From: Dehalococcoidia bacterium
GTDB taxonomy: Bacteria; Chloroflexota; Dehalococcoidia; Bin125
Direction: 5' to 3'
Length of the DNA stretch: 64,000 nt
Assembly (NCBI GenBank): GCA_963663895.2
Contig: CAXXRD010000003.1
Coordinates: forward strand, 32,001-96,000
The notes beneath the pieces were generated by a model, which saw nothing but the letters and a program-made list of their open reading frames with translations, did not search any database and was not told the DNA's origin. Shown piece by piece: positions 19,833 to 31,745 of the stretch. Position 1 is the stretch's first letter. Each line of letters opens with the position of its first letter. A program made the position numbers and the translations under genes.

Positions 19833-21101
19833 TCATGCGCGGGGAGCGCTAGCGCTTGGGGGGCGGGAGACGGCAATGACGGCAGCTCCGAAGAGATAGC
19901 AGCCGACGAAGATGGCGAGGATCAGGTCGAAGGAGCCGCGAGCGTCGAAGACGAGGCTGGCGATGAGCGGTCCGGCGGCATTGAGGCCGAACTGTACCGG
20001 AGCCGTGATGCCGCGGATCGCGCCGACGCTCCAGCGCCCGAAATAGTCTGGAAAGGCAACCTGGGTCAGCGGGAGGTGCATGCCGAAGATCAGGCCGTGC
20101 CAGACGGCAAAGAGGTAGGCCATCCACGCATTGTCGACGAGGATCAGCCAGACAATGGCAAGGGAAGCGATCACCAGGACGGCGGGCAAGGCTCGGTAAA
20201 TGGGCAGGTGCTGCCGAAGTTCACCGCCGAGGATCCCACCGAGCGCGCCCATCAGGGCCCAGACCGTGATCACCGTCACGGCGGTGGTCTGGCTCAGGCC
20301 GTTGTCTTGCAGATGAGGGACGCTGCTGAAGTTGACGGCTCCTCCCACCATGAAGAGCTGACTCGTGCCGATAAGAAGCAGCCAGAAGGATCGGGTGCGG
20401 ACGGCATTGCGAACGGACCAGTGCCTGTCGAGAGCGGCCGCGCGCGCCGCCGAAGCCGAAGGGGCATCGGGCGGGTCCCCATCTGGGCGGAGGCCCAGGT
20501 CCTCGGGCCGGCGACGCACCATGAGCCAGGGCGGCAGGACGCCAAGGCCTAAGACGATCACGCCGAGGGCGAGGAAGGCCACGCGGAAGTCGGCAATGGA
20601 GAGGAAGAGTAGGACGACGAGCGGCATCAAGGCGCCGCCGGCGCGTACGCCGACGAGCGTGAGGCCGGTAGCGCGGCCGCGAGCGCGAATAAACCAGTTC
20701 GCAATCGCAACGGTGATGGCGAGATTGACGACGCCGATGACGAGGCCACGCCCGATCGCATAGAGGACGTAGAACTGCCAAACCTCTTCAATCAGAGCGA
20801 GGAGAAGCAGGGCGACCCCCATAAGCAGGGCCGAGATCGTTAAGAAGGTGCGGGCGCCGTGCCTATCGATACGGGCGCCGATCAGCGGGGAGAGAAGAGC
20901 GCCCAGGATGGTCCCGGCGGTGATGGCTCCCGCGATGGTAGCTCGGCTCCACCCGAACTCGTCCTCCAGGGGAGTAACGAAGACCCCTAGGACCGGATTG
21001 AAAAACGCGACTTGGGTGAGTGCGACCAGCGAGGCAGCGCCGGCTACCCACCAGCCGTGGAAGAGCGTAGGGTTGCGGAGCGGCACGCGAGAGATGGACA
21101 T
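19833..21101 (-). CDS. MFS transporter
   Basis: GARIDRHGAR motif A, WFIRARGRATG, many TM segments. Confidence 0.88.
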   Translation of the reverse strand: MSISRVPLRNPTLFHGWWVAGAASLVALTQVAFFNPVLGVFVTPLEDEFGWSRATIAGAITAGTILGALLSPLIGARIDRHGARTFLTISALLMGVALLLLALIEEVWQFYVLYAIGRGLVIGVVNLAITVAIANWFIRARGRATGLTLVGVRAGGALMPLVVLLFLSIADFRVAFLALGVIVLGLGVLPPWLMVRRRPEDLGLRPDGDPPDAPSASAARAAALDRHWSVRNAVRTRSFWLLLIGTSQLFMVGGAVNFSSVPHLQDNGLSQTTAVTVITVWALMGALGGILGGELRQHLPIYRALPAVLVIASLAIVWLILVDNAWMAYLFAVWHGLIFGMHLPLTQVAFPDYFGRWSVGAIRGITAPVQFGLNAAGPLIASLVFDARGSFDLILAIFVGCYLFGAAVIAVSRPPSASAPRA

Positions 21102-21348
21102 GAGGATTGGGCCACCTTAGCGGGTATAGGGCCTCGTGCTTGGGCTATGCGAAGCGGGTAATGGATCGTGCGGGTAGCGATAGGGCGGCCGGCACTAGCT
21201 ACAGGCGATCGTCCGCGCCGTAGAGGCCGCTCTGCGGGGGCAGCTGCCGTTGCTGGGCGATCGGGCGAGCACAGAAGGGCAGCGTGCGTCGTTGGGTGAT
21301 ACTGCTGGAGACCCCGGTGTCGATGTCGGCTGGAGGGGAGGAGCTGGA

Positions 21349-22587
21349 ATGAGGCAGGGGCCGCTGGCAGGTTTGCGAGTGTTGGATCTTACTTGGGTGC
21401 TGGCGGGACCCTACGCCTCAATGGTGCTCTGCGACTTGGGAGCGGAGGTGGTGAAGGTCGAGCGCCCGCCAGATGGAGACGTGGCGCGCACGACCGGGCC
21501 GTTCGTGAACAACGAGAGCGCTTACTTCCAGAGCATCAACCGCGGCAAGCGAAGCATCGCCATCGATCTACGCAGCGAGCGCGGCAAGGGGCTGTTCCTC
21601 GATCTGGTCGAGCGAGCCGACGTCGTGATGGAGAACTTCACGCCGGGTGCCATGGGACGGCTAGGCCTGGGATATGAAGTGCTGTCTCAGCGAAACCCGC
21701 GATTGATCTACGCCGCCACCTCCGGCTTCGGACGGACGGGACCTCAGCGAGAGAAACCGGCCCTGGATGTCGTGGTGCAGGGCATGGGCGGAGTGATGAG
21801 CATCACGGGTTACCCGGATGGGCCGCCGGCGCGAGTGGGGACCTCCGTGGGGGACATCAGCGCGGGGCTCTACACGGCGATCGGGATCCTGGCGGCGCTG
21901 CGAGAGCGGGAGATGAGTGGCGCCGGGCAACTGGTGGACATCAGTATGTTGGACTGCCAGATCGCGATCCTCGAAAACGCGGTCGTCCGCTACTTCGCAA
22001 CAGGCGAGGAACCGCAACGACTGGGAACGCGGCACCCCTCGGCAACGCCGTTTCAAGCCTTTCCCACCTCGGACGGGTGGCTGGTGCTGGCCTTGGCTTG
22101 GGGCGTGGAGAATCAGTGGGCGTTGCTATGCTCGGCCTTGGATCGCGTAGACCTGATCGACGATCCGCGCTTCGATACTTCCTTTAAGCGTACGCAGAAT
22201 CATGCTGCGCTCGAACCGGAGCTATTCGAAGCGATGCGTAAGCGGCCGACCGCTGAGTGGGTCGCGCTGTTTGAGGGATACGGAATGGCGGTGGGGCCGC
22301 TGAATACCGTGGGCGAAGCGGTCGCGCAGGAGCAGATCAAGGCGCGGGAGATGATCGCCGAGGTGCAACACCCATCGGCGGGGACGCTGAAGATGGCCGC
22401 TTCGCCGCTGCGGTTGTCACGAACGCCGGGGCAGGTGCGAGGCGCAGGGCCGCTCTATGGGGCACACACCAAGGATGTGCTGCGAGAATGGCTGGGCTTC
22501 GGCGGCGACACAGTGGAAGATTTAGCGGCGGCTGGAGTCGTCGAAACCGCGGGTGGCCCCGATATTGAGCAGTACTTGCGAGCCTAG
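21349..22587 (+). CDS. CoA transferase family III (CaiB/BaiF)
   Basis: PLAGLRVLDLT, AGPYA, LGAEVVKVE, NRGKRS, ENFTPG. Confidence 0.92.
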   Translation: MRQGPLAGLRVLDLTWVLAGPYASMVLCDLGAEVVKVERPPDGDVARTTGPFVNNESAYFQSINRGKRSIAIDLRSERGKGLFLDLVERADVVMENFTPGAMGRLGLGYEVLSQRNPRLIYAATSGFGRTGPQREKPALDVVVQGMGGVMSITGYPDGPPARVGTSVGDISAGLYTAIGILAALREREMSGAGQLVDISMLDCQIAILENAVVRYFATGEEPQRLGTRHPSATPFQAFPTSDGWLVLALAWGVENQWALLCSALDRVDLIDDPRFDTSFKRTQNHAALEPELFEAMRKRPTAEWVALFEGYGMAVGPLNTVGEAVAQEQIKAREMIAEVQHPSAGTLKMAASPLRLSRTPGQVRGAGPLYGAHTKDVLREWLGFGGDTVEDLAAAGVVETAGGPDIEQYLRA

Positions 22588-22590
22588 CGC

Positions 22591-23622
22591 ATGACCGAAA
22601 CAGTGCACGGAGACGACTGGCAACCCGGCCGAGATCACCCCTTCCAGCCCTGGGACGCGGCGCGGACGGCGGCGACTGGGATCCATCAAGTGACGACCCC
22701 CTTGCCATTCCAGCTGGATCACGTGCATGCCTATGTGATCGAAGTCGAGGGCGGATACCTCATGATCGACTCCGGGTTTCCCTCGGAGGCGGGACGGGCG
22801 CGACTGCGGGAAGAGATGGAGCGACGCTTCGGCGGGCTGGGCCGCGTCAAGGCGGTGGTGGTGACGCACTACCACTCAGACCACATCGGGCAAGCGGGCT
22901 GGCTGCAGCAGGAGAGCGGAGCGGCGGTATATGTGCACCGGCAGGATTGGCGGCTCGTGCCTGAGGTGACGAGCGCAGGGTGGTCGGAAAAGCCAGAAGA
23001 GTTCGGCGGCGACCTCTACGCGAAGGTGCCGGAAGAGACCCGTTTGGAGTGGGGCAAGACGCGGGCCGGGATCCGAGAGAATATTCTGCCGGTGGAAACG
23101 CCGACCTTGGTCCGAGGCGGTGAAGTGCTGGAGTTTGGAAGTCGGCGTCTCGCGTTGGTTTGGACGCCGGGACATACTGCAGGACATCTTTGTATTCATG
23201 ACTTAGATCATGCTCTGCTCTTCACCGGCGACCACCTGTTGGCGCGGATCACGCCTCACGTCGGTACCTGGAGCAGCGACGGCAGCCCGCTGCACGCATA
23301 TGAGCAGTCGCTTGCCCTAGTGGAGCGGCTGCGCCCGGCGGTCGCGCTGCCGGCTCATGAGGGCGTGATCGAGAATGCCGCGGAACGGACGCGGGAGATC
23401 CGGCTACACCACAGGAAGCGTCGCGAGCGTGTGCTGGCTGCTTTGGGATCGGAAGCGCGGACGGCGCGAGGGATCATGCCGCAGGTGTTCAAGAACCGGC
23501 ACTTGGGGATGCACGCGATGCTGGCACTCTCGGAGACTTACGCGCACCTGGAAGCTCTGGTGCAGGAAGGAGCGGTGCATCGGGAGGATGGGCCCGGGGA
23601 GCCGCTCTATCGCAGTGTCTAA
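22591..23622 (+). CDS. MBL-fold metallo-hydrolase
   Basis: [25 protein letters not shown]. Confidence 0.9.
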   Translation: MTETVHGDDWQPGRDHPFQPWDAARTAATGIHQVTTPLPFQLDHVHAYVIEVEGGYLMIDSGFPSEAGRARLREEMERRFGGLGRVKAVVVTHYHSDHIGQAGWLQQESGAAVYVHRQDWRLVPEVTSAGWSEKPEEFGGDLYAKVPEETRLEWGKTRAGIRENILPVETPTLVRGGEVLEFGSRRLALVWTPGHTAGHLCIHDLDHALLFTGDHLLARITPHVGTWSSDGSPLHAYEQSLALVERLRPAVALPAHEGVIENAAERTREIRLHHRKRRERVLAALGSEARTARGIMPQVFKNRHLGMHAMLALSETYAHLEALVQEGAVHREDGPGEPLYRSV

Positions 23623-23702
23623 GGGTGCGGTTGCGGCTGCGCGGCAGGATCGCCAACGCGAACCCGGCGCGGGACTCCCAAGCTAGGCGTGATACTGCCC
23701 TG

Positions 23703-25370
23703 ATGCCTGCTCGCGAATACTCCGGGAGCGTCGGCGGTGAGGTCCCGGCGGGAATGCTTCTGCCGTCACGCCAGAAGGCGCTGGTGATGGCCGGGGTCAT
23801 GCTCTCGCTGTTCCTGGCTGCGCTGGACTTCACCATCATGGGTGTCGCGATGCCGAGTATCGTGGCCGATTTCGGCGCGCTGGACCTCTTCGCCTGGCCC
23901 ATCACCGTCTACATGCTCGCATCGACGTCGGTCGTTCCCGTGGCGGGGAAGCTCTCGGACCTCTACGGGCGTCGCCCGCTCCTTTTGGTTGGGGTGCTGG
24001 TCTTTTTGGTGGGCTCCGTGCTGGCAGGCGCGGCGGGCGACATGCATCAGCTCATCGGGTTTCGTGCGGTGCAAGGGATGGGTGGCGGCCTGATCATGGC
24101 GAACGCGCTAACGGTGATCGGTGATCTGTTCGCCCCGGCCGAACGGGGACGTTGGACCGGGATCATCTCCGGGACCTTCGCTCTGGCGAGTGTGATCGGA
24201 CCGCTCGTCGGCGGAGCGCTCACAGACAACCTCTCCTGGCGTTGGGTCTTCTTCATCAATATTCCCGTCGGCGCGGTCGCGCTGGCAGTGGTGTTCTTCC
24301 TCATGCCGAAGTTCAGCCGCGGTGGCGAGGGGGGTATCGACTACAAGGGCGCGGCGCTGTTGATCGCGGGATCGGTCCCACTCCTGCTTGCGGTGTCGTG
24401 GGCGGGGAACTTGTATGCCTGGTCGGATCTGCCGGTGATCGCGCTGTTACTGGGATCGGCCGCCGCCTTCGCGCTCTTCGTATGGGTGGAGTTGCGGGCG
24501 CCCCACCCCCTGCTGCCGCTGCCCCTCTTTCGGAATCGGGTCTTCGCGGTAGCGATCGTGGTCGTCTCATTCGTGGGGTTGGGACTGTTCAGTGTGATCC
24601 AGTTCCTGCCGCTATTCGTGCAGGGCGGGCAGGGAGAGACCGCGACGAACTCCGGCACCGTGACGATGCCCATGATGGGCGGGATCGTACTGGCCTCGAT
24701 CCTGACGGGGCAGCTCGTCACCCGGATCGGGCGCTACCGGCTCTTCGCGGTGAGCGGCGGCGCGTTGATGGTGCTGGGGGTGTGGCTGCTTTCCACGTTG
24801 GAAGCGGATTCGTCAGCCTGGGTGACGCGGGGCTACATCGTGACGATGGGGGTGGGGATCGGAGTAGCGATGCCGCTCTACAACCTGGCGGTCCAAAACA
24901 CCTTGTCGTATCGGGTCTTGGGAATCGCTACCGCTTCGTTGCAGTTCTTTCGACAACTCGGCGGGGCGCTTGGGGTGGCGGTCTTCGGGTCGCTACTGGC
25001 TGCGGGCTTTGCCGCCGAGCTGGCGAAGCAGTTTCCAGCGGACTTCGACGAGTTGCGGGAAGCGCCACAGATCCTGTTGAGCCGGGAGACGCTTGCGCCG
25101 TTTCGGGAATCGCTAGAGGCGGACGCGCCCGGCACGGCAGCAATGGTCATCGGCACGGCGCGGGATGCCTTGGCGGGGACGATCACGGATCTTTTCCAAA
25201 TCGCGGCGTTGATGATGGTGGCAGCGCTGGTGGCGACGCTCTTTCTGCCCCCGATCCGACAACAGCGCCGGGAAGAGCTGCTGGCGGAGCTGATCGCGCA
25301 AGAGCCCCCCGCGCCTCCGGAGCGGGATCTCGAACCGCGGTCGGCGCCGGTCAGTGGCGGGGCAGGTTAA
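23703..25370 (+). CDS. DHA2/MDR family MFS efflux transporter
   Basis: [31 protein letters not shown]. Confidence 0.9.
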   Translation: MPAREYSGSVGGEVPAGMLLPSRQKALVMAGVMLSLFLAALDFTIMGVAMPSIVADFGALDLFAWPITVYMLASTSVVPVAGKLSDLYGRRPLLLVGVLVFLVGSVLAGAAGDMHQLIGFRAVQGMGGGLIMANALTVIGDLFAPAERGRWTGIISGTFALASVIGPLVGGALTDNLSWRWVFFINIPVGAVALAVVFFLMPKFSRGGEGGIDYKGAALLIAGSVPLLLAVSWAGNLYAWSDLPVIALLLGSAAAFALFVWVELRAPHPLLPLPLFRNRVFAVAIVVVSFVGLGLFSVIQFLPLFVQGGQGETATNSGTVTMPMMGGIVLASILTGQLVTRIGRYRLFAVSGGALMVLGVWLLSTLEADSSAWVTRGYIVTMGVGIGVAMPLYNLAVQNTLSYRVLGIATASLQFFRQLGGALGVAVFGSLLAAGFAAELAKQFPADFDELREAPQILLSRETLAPFRESLEADAPGTAAMVIGTARDALAGTITDLFQIAALMMVAALVATLFLPPIRQQRREELLAELIAQEPPAPPERDLEPRSAPVSGGAG

Positions 25371-25473
25371 TCCGGGCGCAAGGAGCGCACTCCGGGATAC
25401 CGCACCAGCAGGAAAGAGCCGCTGGAAGTCGGATGGGATCGGCCGCAAGGTCCGGGCGTCGCTCCCGCGCGGG

Positions 25474-26949
25474 CTAAGTCCTCACGTAGGGCAGGGTGCT
25501 CTGCCCCATCAAGTACCTGTCCACTCCGTGGGCGGCCGCGCGTCCTTCGGCGATCGCCCAGACCACAAGCGACTGGCCGCGCACCATGTCGCCGGCAGCG
25601 AAGATCCCGGCGTGACTACTCTGTTTAAAGCGGTCCACCTGGATGTTGCCACGACTGTCGAGGGCGAGCCCGAGTTGGCTCACAGGACCGTCGTGCTCGG
25701 GGTGGAGAAAGCCCATGGCGAGCAGGACTAAGTCACAATCGATGCTGAACTCGGTGTCGGCGATCGGCTCCATCTGCATGCGGCCGCCCTCGCCGCGTTT
25801 CCAGTCGAGCCGGCGAGCATGCAGCTGCTCAACCCGGCCGTGGGAGCCGCTGAATCGCGTCGTCTCGATCGCGTAGTCGCGCTCGCCTCCCTCCTCATGA
25901 GCGGGGGAGAGGCGGAGGATGCGCGACCACTGCGGCCAGGGGTTGTCGCGAGCCCGCTTCTCGGGAGGCTCGGGAAGCAGCTCGAACTGGTGGACCGACG
26001 CCGCTCCCTGTCGATGAGCGGTGCCGAGGCAGTCAGCACCAGTGTCGCCGCCGCCGATGATGATCACACGCTTGCCTTCAGCGGTGATGGGAAGGGGGAG
26101 GCCGTCTCCGGCCTTGAATCCGGCTGCGACCGGCGTCATGCCAGCGCTGCGGTAGTTCTGCTGCGGTAAGTACTCCATCGCGAAGTGGATGCCGTCTAGC
26201 TCGCGGCCGGGAACGGCGAGGTCGCGGGGGTGGGTGGAGCCGCCGCAAAGGACGATCGCGTCGAAGTCGCGCACGAGATCATCCGTGGCGATGTTCTTGC
26301 CGACGTAGGCGCCGGTGAAGAACTCCACTCCTTCTTCGGCCATAATTTCGATCCGCCGTTGGACGAGTTCCTTGTCGAGCTTGAAATCCGGGATGCCCAA
26401 TCGCAGGAGCCCGCCGATCAGCTGGTCGCGCTCGTAGACGCTGACTTGGTGCCCGGCACGGTTGAGTTGCTGTGCGCAGGCCAGCCCGGCAGGCCCCGAG
26501 CCTACGATGGCCACCTTCTTGCCCGTACGCTGGACGGGAGGCATGGGTTTGATCCAACCCTCGGCATAGCCGCGGTCAGCGATCGCCTTCTCGATGAACT
26601 CGATCGTGACGGGGTCGTCGTTGATAGCCAGTGTGCAGGAAACCTCGCAGGGGGCGGGGCAGATGCGGCCGGTGAACTCAGGGAAGTTATTGGTTGCCAG
26701 AAGCCGGTGGAGCGCTTCCTCCCAACGCCCCTGGTAGACCAAGTCGTTCCATTCCGGGATGAGGTTGCCCAGCGGGCAACCCTGGTGGCAGAAAGGTACA
26801 CCGCAATCCATGCAGCGCGCGCCCTGTTCCTGGACCCGCTCCGGCGGCCACTCGTGGTAGATCTCCAAGTAGTCACCGACCCGCTCCTGCACCGGGCGCT
26901 TGGCCGGTGGGCGGCGTAGAAACTCCTTGAAACCGGTTGTCTTGCCCAC
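25474..26949 (-). CDS. gltD: Glutamate synthase small subunit
   Basis: [34 protein letters not shown]; GTG start at 26949. Confidence 0.95.
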   Translation of the reverse strand: MGKTTGFKEFLRRPPAKRPVQERVGDYLEIYHEWPPERVQEQGARCMDCGVPFCHQGCPLGNLIPEWNDLVYQGRWEEALHRLLATNNFPEFTGRICPAPCEVSCTLAINDDPVTIEFIEKAIADRGYAEGWIKPMPPVQRTGKKVAIVGSGPAGLACAQQLNRAGHQVSVYERDQLIGGLLRLGIPDFKLDKELVQRRIEIMAEEGVEFFTGAYVGKNIATDDLVRDFDAIVLCGGSTHPRDLAVPGRELDGIHFAMEYLPQQNYRSAGMTPVAAGFKAGDGLPLPITAEGKRVIIIGGGDTGADCLGTAHRQGAASVHQFELLPEPPEKRARDNPWPQWSRILRLSPAHEEGGERDYAIETTRFSGSHGRVEQLHARRLDWKRGEGGRMQMEPIADTEFSIDCDLVLLAMGFLHPEHDGPVSQLGLALDSRGNIQVDRFKQSSHAGIFAAGDMVRGQSLVVWAIAEGRAAAHGVDRYLMGQSTLPYVRT

Positions 26950-26962
26950 GCACTGCCTCCGC

Positions 26963-29900
26963 TTAGCTGAGAACAGGCGCGGGGTTTTGGTTGCGAGTTG
27001 GGGACGCAGCGCGCTGAGCGCGCTCCTCCAATACCCGGCGGTAGGCCCGTGGGAAGACTTTAACGAATTGCGACAGCGCGCTCTCCCAGTCGTCGAGGAG
27101 GCGCCGAGCGATGTCACTGCCGGTGTGTCGGAGGTGAGCCTCAACCATCCCGCGGAGCAGGTCCTGATCCTGGGGCTCGGACACCGGCTCCAAATCGACC
27201 ATGTCGGGATTACAGCGAACGGGGAAATCGCCACTCTCGTCCCAGACGAAGGCAAAGCCGCCACTCATGCCGGCGGCGAAGTTGCGGCCCGTGGAGCCGA
27301 GGACCACCACGCACCCGCCGGTCATGTACTCACAACCGTGATCGCCTACCCCTTCCACGACGGCCTTGGCGCCGCTGTTGCGGACGGCGAAGCGCTCGCC
27401 CGCGAGGCCTCGGACGTACAGCTCGCCTGCCGTGGCGCCATAGAGCACGACATTACCGATGATGGTGTTCCGCTCGGGGACGAAAGTCGCTTGGCGGGGT
27501 GGCTTGACGATGACGCGTCCTCCCGAGAGCCCTTTGGCCAGATAGTCGTTCGCGTCGCCTTCCAGCGTGAACTCCACGCCGCCCGCAAGCCAGAGGCCAA
27601 ACGATTGCCCGGCCGAACCACGGAAATGTGCCCGGATGGTCTCTGCTGGCAGACCAGCTTCCCCGGTCCTCTTCGAGATCTCCCAGCTGAGGATGCCGCC
27701 CACAGCCCGGTTCGCGTTCCGAATCGGCAGCTCGAGCTGGATAGGGCGTTGCTCCGTCAGAGCGGGGAGGGCACGGGCGACGATCTCGTGATCGATCGCG
27801 TGTTCCAGGCCGTGCTCCTGTCTCTGCTTGCAATAAGTGGCGAAGGAATCGGGAACATCGGGGCGCTGCAGGATGGGGGAGATATCGAGGTGGGCGGCCT
27901 TCCAGTGGTCGATATCGTCTGCCGGCTCGAGCAGGTCGACCCGGCCTACCATTTCGTTGACCGTGCGCAGCCCTAGCTTGGCCATGATCTCGCGAAGATG
28001 CTCAGCGACGAAGAACATGTAGTTGACGACGAAGTCGGCCTCGCCGGTAAAGCGAGCGCGGAGTTCGGGATCCTGGGTCGCGATGCCGACGGAGCAGGCA
28101 TTGAGATGGCATTTGCGCAGCATGATGCAACCGAGGGTGACGAGCGGCATGGTGGCGAAGCCGAACTCCTCGGCACCGAGCAGACAGGCGATGGCGACAT
28201 CCCGGCCGGTCTTGAGCTGGCCGTCCGCTTGAACCACGATCCGGCCCCGCAGGTCGTTCATGACCAGCACTTGTTGCGTCTCGGCGACGCCGAGTTCCCA
28301 GGGAAGCCCCCCATGCTTGATTGAGCTCTGTGGCGAAGCGCCGGTGCCGCCGCTGGCGCCGCTGATCAAGACAACGTCCCCATGTCCTTTGGAAACGCCG
28401 GCGGCGATCGTTCCGACCCCGACTTCGGACACGAGTTTGACGTGCACGCGCGCGTCGGGATTCCCGTTCTTGAGATCGTGAATGAGCTGGGCGAGGTCCT
28501 CAATGGAGTAAATGTCGTGATGGGGAGGCGGGGAGATCAGCTCAACGCCAGGGGTCGAGTGGCGGACTCGAGCGATCGTCTCGTCAACCTTGTGGCCGGG
28601 CAGCTGACCACCCTCGCCGGGCTTGGCTCCTTGGGCCATTTTGATCTGGAGATCGGTCGCGTGCGTAAGGTAGTTGCTGTTGACTCCAAAGCGCCCCGAG
28701 GCGACCTGCTTGATCGCGCTCTCGCGGCGATCGCCATTGGGGTCCGGAACGTAGCGGGCGGGATCTTCTCCGCCTTCCCCGGTGTTGCTCTTCGCGCCGA
28801 TCCGATTCATGGCGATCGCCAAGGTCTCGTGAGCCTCCTTGCTAATGGAGCCGAAAGAAGCGGCGCCGGTCGCAAACCGTTTCACGATCTCGGATGCCGG
28901 CTCCACTTCGTCGATCGGGATCGGTTCGACTTCCTTGAAGCGAAGTAAGCCGCGGATCGTGGCTCGCTGCTCTGGGTCCTCATCGACCATGTGCGCGAAG
29001 CGTTGGTAGGCAGCGAAGTCATTGCGGCTGGTGGCGTCTTGAATCAGCGCGATCGCGTCCGGGTTGAGCATGTGGAACTCGCCATCGCGGCGCCAGTGGT
29101 AGTTGCCCCCCGAGCGCAGATCAAGCGCCTCGGCGATCAGCCTTCGTGGGAAAGCATGATCATGGCGCCGCAGCACGGCCTCCTCGACCACCTCAAGGCC
29201 GATACCCCCGATGCGGGTCGGCGTGTTGGTAAAGAACTCGTCGACGAGTTCTTGGCCGAGGCCGATCGCCTCGAAGATCTGAGCGCCGCGATAGCTGGAC
29301 ACCGTCGAGATCCCCATCTTGGACATCACCTTGACGATCCCTTTATCGACGGCTTGGATGTAACGCTCTTCGATGCTGTCTTGTTCGAGCGCTTGGGAGA
29401 GAATGCCGTCGGCGCGCAGCTCCGCAAGTGTTTCGAAAGCCAGGTAGGGGTTGATCGCGGAGGCTCCATAGCCCACCAGCGTGGCGAAGTGGTGCACCTC
29501 GCGGGGCTCGCCCGATTCGATCACGATATCGGCGCGCATGCGACGGCCGGCATCGATCAGGTGGTGGTGGACGGCGGCTACCGCGAGCAGGCTCGGAATC
29601 GGGGCGTGCCGAGCGTCGATACCACGATCACTGAGGACCAGGATGGAGTCACCGGCATCCACTGCCTTGATGGCGGCTGCGCACAGCGCGTCGAGTGCCG
29701 CGCGTAGTGCCCCGCCCGATGTTGGCTTGCCATTGCGGGACGATGCCGCTGTCTCGAAAAGGATCGGTAAGGTGGTGGCGCGCAGCCCCGGCTGGTCCAG
29801 CGCCTTGATCTTGGCGAGCTCGGCGTTGGTGATCACGGGGCGGGCGATCTTCAGCTGTCGCGCATGCCCGGACGTCTCTTCGAAAAGATTCCCTCGCGTG

Positions 29901-31561
29901 CCGATCAGGGTCTCGGTGGAAGTAACGAGCTTCTCCCACTGGGCATCGAGCGGTGGGTTGGTCACCTGCGCGAAGAGCTGACGGAAATAGTTCGCCAGTG
30001 GCTGGGGGTGGTCCGAGAGGACCGCGATGGGGGTGTCGTTCCCCATAGAGCCCACAGGCTCTTTCGCGTCGTTGGCCATGGCCGCCATGATCATGCCGAG
30101 CTCTTCTGTCGTGTAACCATGGGCGCGCTGGCGCTCACGCAGACTGCCGAAATGCGGTCCAGGCACCTGGGCGGGAGTGGGAAGGTCCGCCAGCGTGAGC
30201 CGTTGCGCTCGCAGCCATTCGCCATAGGGCAAGCGGCTGGCCAGTGCAGGCTTCACTTCTTCATCGGGGACGATGCGACCCTGCTCCATATCGATGAGGA
30301 AAACGCGGCCGGGGCGGACGCGGCTCTTGAGTTTGATCTGCTCCGGTGGAATGTCCAAGACGCCCGTCTCGGATCCCATCACGACCAAGCCGTCCTTGGT
30401 CACGAGGTACCGCAGCGGACGCAGGCCGTTACGGTCCAGTACGACGGCGATCTGCTGGCCGTCGCTGGCGGCGACCATCGCGGGCCCATCCCAGGGCTCC
30501 ATCAGCGCTGCGTGGTAGTCGTAGAAATCCCGCGTCTCTTGATCCATCGACTCGTGATTCTCGAAAGCCTCGGGGATCATCATCATGAGGCAGTGGGGTA
30601 GAGAGCGGCCGGTGTGGATCAGAAGTTCAAGCGCGTTGTCGAAGCTCGCGGTATCGCTCTGGCCAGGCTGGCAGATGGGGAAGAGGCTCTCCAGTTCCTC
30701 GTCCGTGAAGTGCGGAGAGGAGAGCAACGCCTGACGCGCGGTCATCCAGTTGATGTTGCCCCGTAGCGTGTTGATCTCGCCGTTATGGGCGATGAAGCGA
30801 TAGGGATGCGCTAGCCGCCAGGATCCGAGCGTGTTCGTGCTGAAACGAGAATGCACGATCGCCCAGGCGCTGACGAGCTCCGGATCGTGCAGGTCTTGGT
30901 AGAACCCATTGACCTGCGTGCTGATCAGCAGACCCTTGTAGACCACGCGGTCGCTGAACATGCTGGGGATGTAGAAATCCTCCGGGTGGGGAATGCTGCT
31001 CGCCTCGACCGCGCTCTCGATGCAGCGACGGGCGACATAGAGACGGCGATTCAGCTCGCTCTCCTCCGCGACCTCGTCTGGGGCGCCGATGAAGCACTGC
31101 GCGATCTGAGGAGCGACGGTGCGAGCGATGGATCCGATCGCCTCGGGAGTGACGGGGACTTCGCGCCAACCGAGCACCTTGAGGCCACGGCGTCTCACCT
31201 CCGCTTCCACAATCGATTGGCAGGTGGCGCGGTCGGCCTCCCCTTGCGGGAAGAAGACCATCGCTACTCCGTAGCGGCCGGGAGCGGGCAGCGAGATGCC
31301 GAGCCTCGCCGTCTCGCGGCGGAAAAAGACATCTGGCATCTGGAAGAGAACGCCGCCGCCATCTCCGGTGAGCGGATCGGCGCCGAGAGCGCCGCGGTGG
31401 GCGAGGTTGTTCGCGACCTCGATCGCCTGTTCAAGGATGCGGTGGCTTCGCTGCCCGTCGAGGTTGGCCACGACGCCCACTCCGCAGGCATCGTGCTCGA
31501 AGGCGGGGTCGTAAAGGCCCTGCTTCGTAAGCCGTCTGGGCGGTGCTTGCGGTGAATCCAT
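26963..31561 (-). CDS. gltB: Glutamate synthase large subunit
   Basis: EHDACGVG, HSRFSTNT, HNGEINT, KMAQGAKPGEGGQLPG. Confidence 0.97.
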   Translation of the reverse strand: MDSPQAPPRRLTKQGLYDPAFEHDACGVGVVANLDGQRSHRILEQAIEVANNLAHRGALGADPLTGDGGGVLFQMPDVFFRRETARLGISLPAPGRYGVAMVFFPQGEADRATCQSIVEAEVRRRGLKVLGWREVPVTPEAIGSIARTVAPQIAQCFIGAPDEVAEESELNRRLYVARRCIESAVEASSIPHPEDFYIPSMFSDRVVYKGLLISTQVNGFYQDLHDPELVSAWAIVHSRFSTNTLGSWRLAHPYRFIAHNGEINTLRGNINWMTARQALLSSPHFTDEELESLFPICQPGQSDTASFDNALELLIHTGRSLPHCLMMMIPEAFENHESMDQETRDFYDYHAALMEPWDGPAMVAASDGQQIAVVLDRNGLRPLRYLVTKDGLVVMGSETGVLDIPPEQIKLKSRVRPGRVFLIDMEQGRIVPDEEVKPALASRLPYGEWLRAQRLTLADLPTPAQVPGPHFGSLRERQRAHGYTTEELGMIMAAMANDAKEPVGSMGNDTPIAVLSDHPQPLANYFRQLFAQVTNPPLDAQWEKLVTSTETLIGTRGNLFEETSGHARQLKIARPVITNAELAKIKALDQPGLRATTLPILFETAASSRNGKPTSGGALRAALDALCAAAIKAVDAGDSILVLSDRGIDARHAPIPSLLAVAAVHHHLIDAGRRMRADIVIESGEPREVHHFATLVGYGASAINPYLAFETLAELRADGILSQALEQDSIEERYIQAVDKGIVKVMSKMGISTVSSYRGAQIFEAIGLGQELVDEFFTNTPTRIGGIGLEVVEEAVLRRHDHAFPRRLIAEALDLRSGGNYHWRRDGEFHMLNPDAIALIQDATSRNDFAAYQRFAHMVDEDPEQRATIRGLLRFKEVEPIPIDEVEPASEIVKRFATGAASFGSISKEAHETLAIAMNRIGAKSNTGEGGEDPARYVPDPNGDRRESAIKQVASGRFGVNSNYLTHATDLQIKMAQGAKPGEGGQLPGHKVDETIARVRHSTPGVELISPPPHHDIYSIEDLAQLIHDLKNGNPDARVHVKLVSEVGVGTIAAGVSKGHGDVVLISGASGGTGASPQSSIKHGGLPWELGVAETQQVLVMNDLRGRIVVQADGQLKTGRDVAIACLLGAEEFGFATMPLVTLGCIMLRKCHLNACSVGIATQDPELRARFTGEADFVVNYMFFVAEHLREIMAKLGLRTVNEMVGRVDLLEPADDIDHWKAAHLDISPILQRPDVPDSFATYCKQRQEHGLEHAIDHEIVARALPALTEQRPIQLELPIRNANRAVGGILSWEISKRTGEAGLPAETIRAHFRGSAGQSFGLWLAGGVEFTLEGDANDYLAKGLSGGRVIVKPPRQATFVPERNTIIGNVVLYGATAGELYVRGLAGERFAVRNSGAKAVVEGVGDHGCEYMTGGCVVVLGSTGRNFAAGMSGGFAFVWDESGDFPVRCNPDMVDLEPVSEPQDQDLLRGMVEAHLRHTGSDIARRLLDDWESALSQFVKVFPRAYRRVLEERAQRAASPTRNQNPAPVLS

Positions 31562-31659
31562 TGGCTCCTTACCGCGCGTGAATGCACATCGATACCGTTA
31601 GAAGCGGCGTACTTTAAAGTCTTGCCGGCGGATAACAAATGGAGACCGGCTGGATGACG

Positions 31660-31745
31660 AAAATAAAAAAGCACCAGCACCGCGCACCAACTGTACGCAG
31701 CGGCCTCAAGCCAACCCCTCCATCGGGACAGGCCAGCGTTATGCA
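31660..31745 (-). promoter_or_regulatory. Structured gltB 5' leader with terminator-like hairpin and U-tract (riboswitch/attenuator candidate)
   Basis: Stem ACGC-TGGCCT/AGGCCG-CT-GCGT overlaps hairpin CGCTGCGTAC-AGTTG-GTGCGCGGTG, which precedes TTTTTTATTTT. Confidence 0.45.
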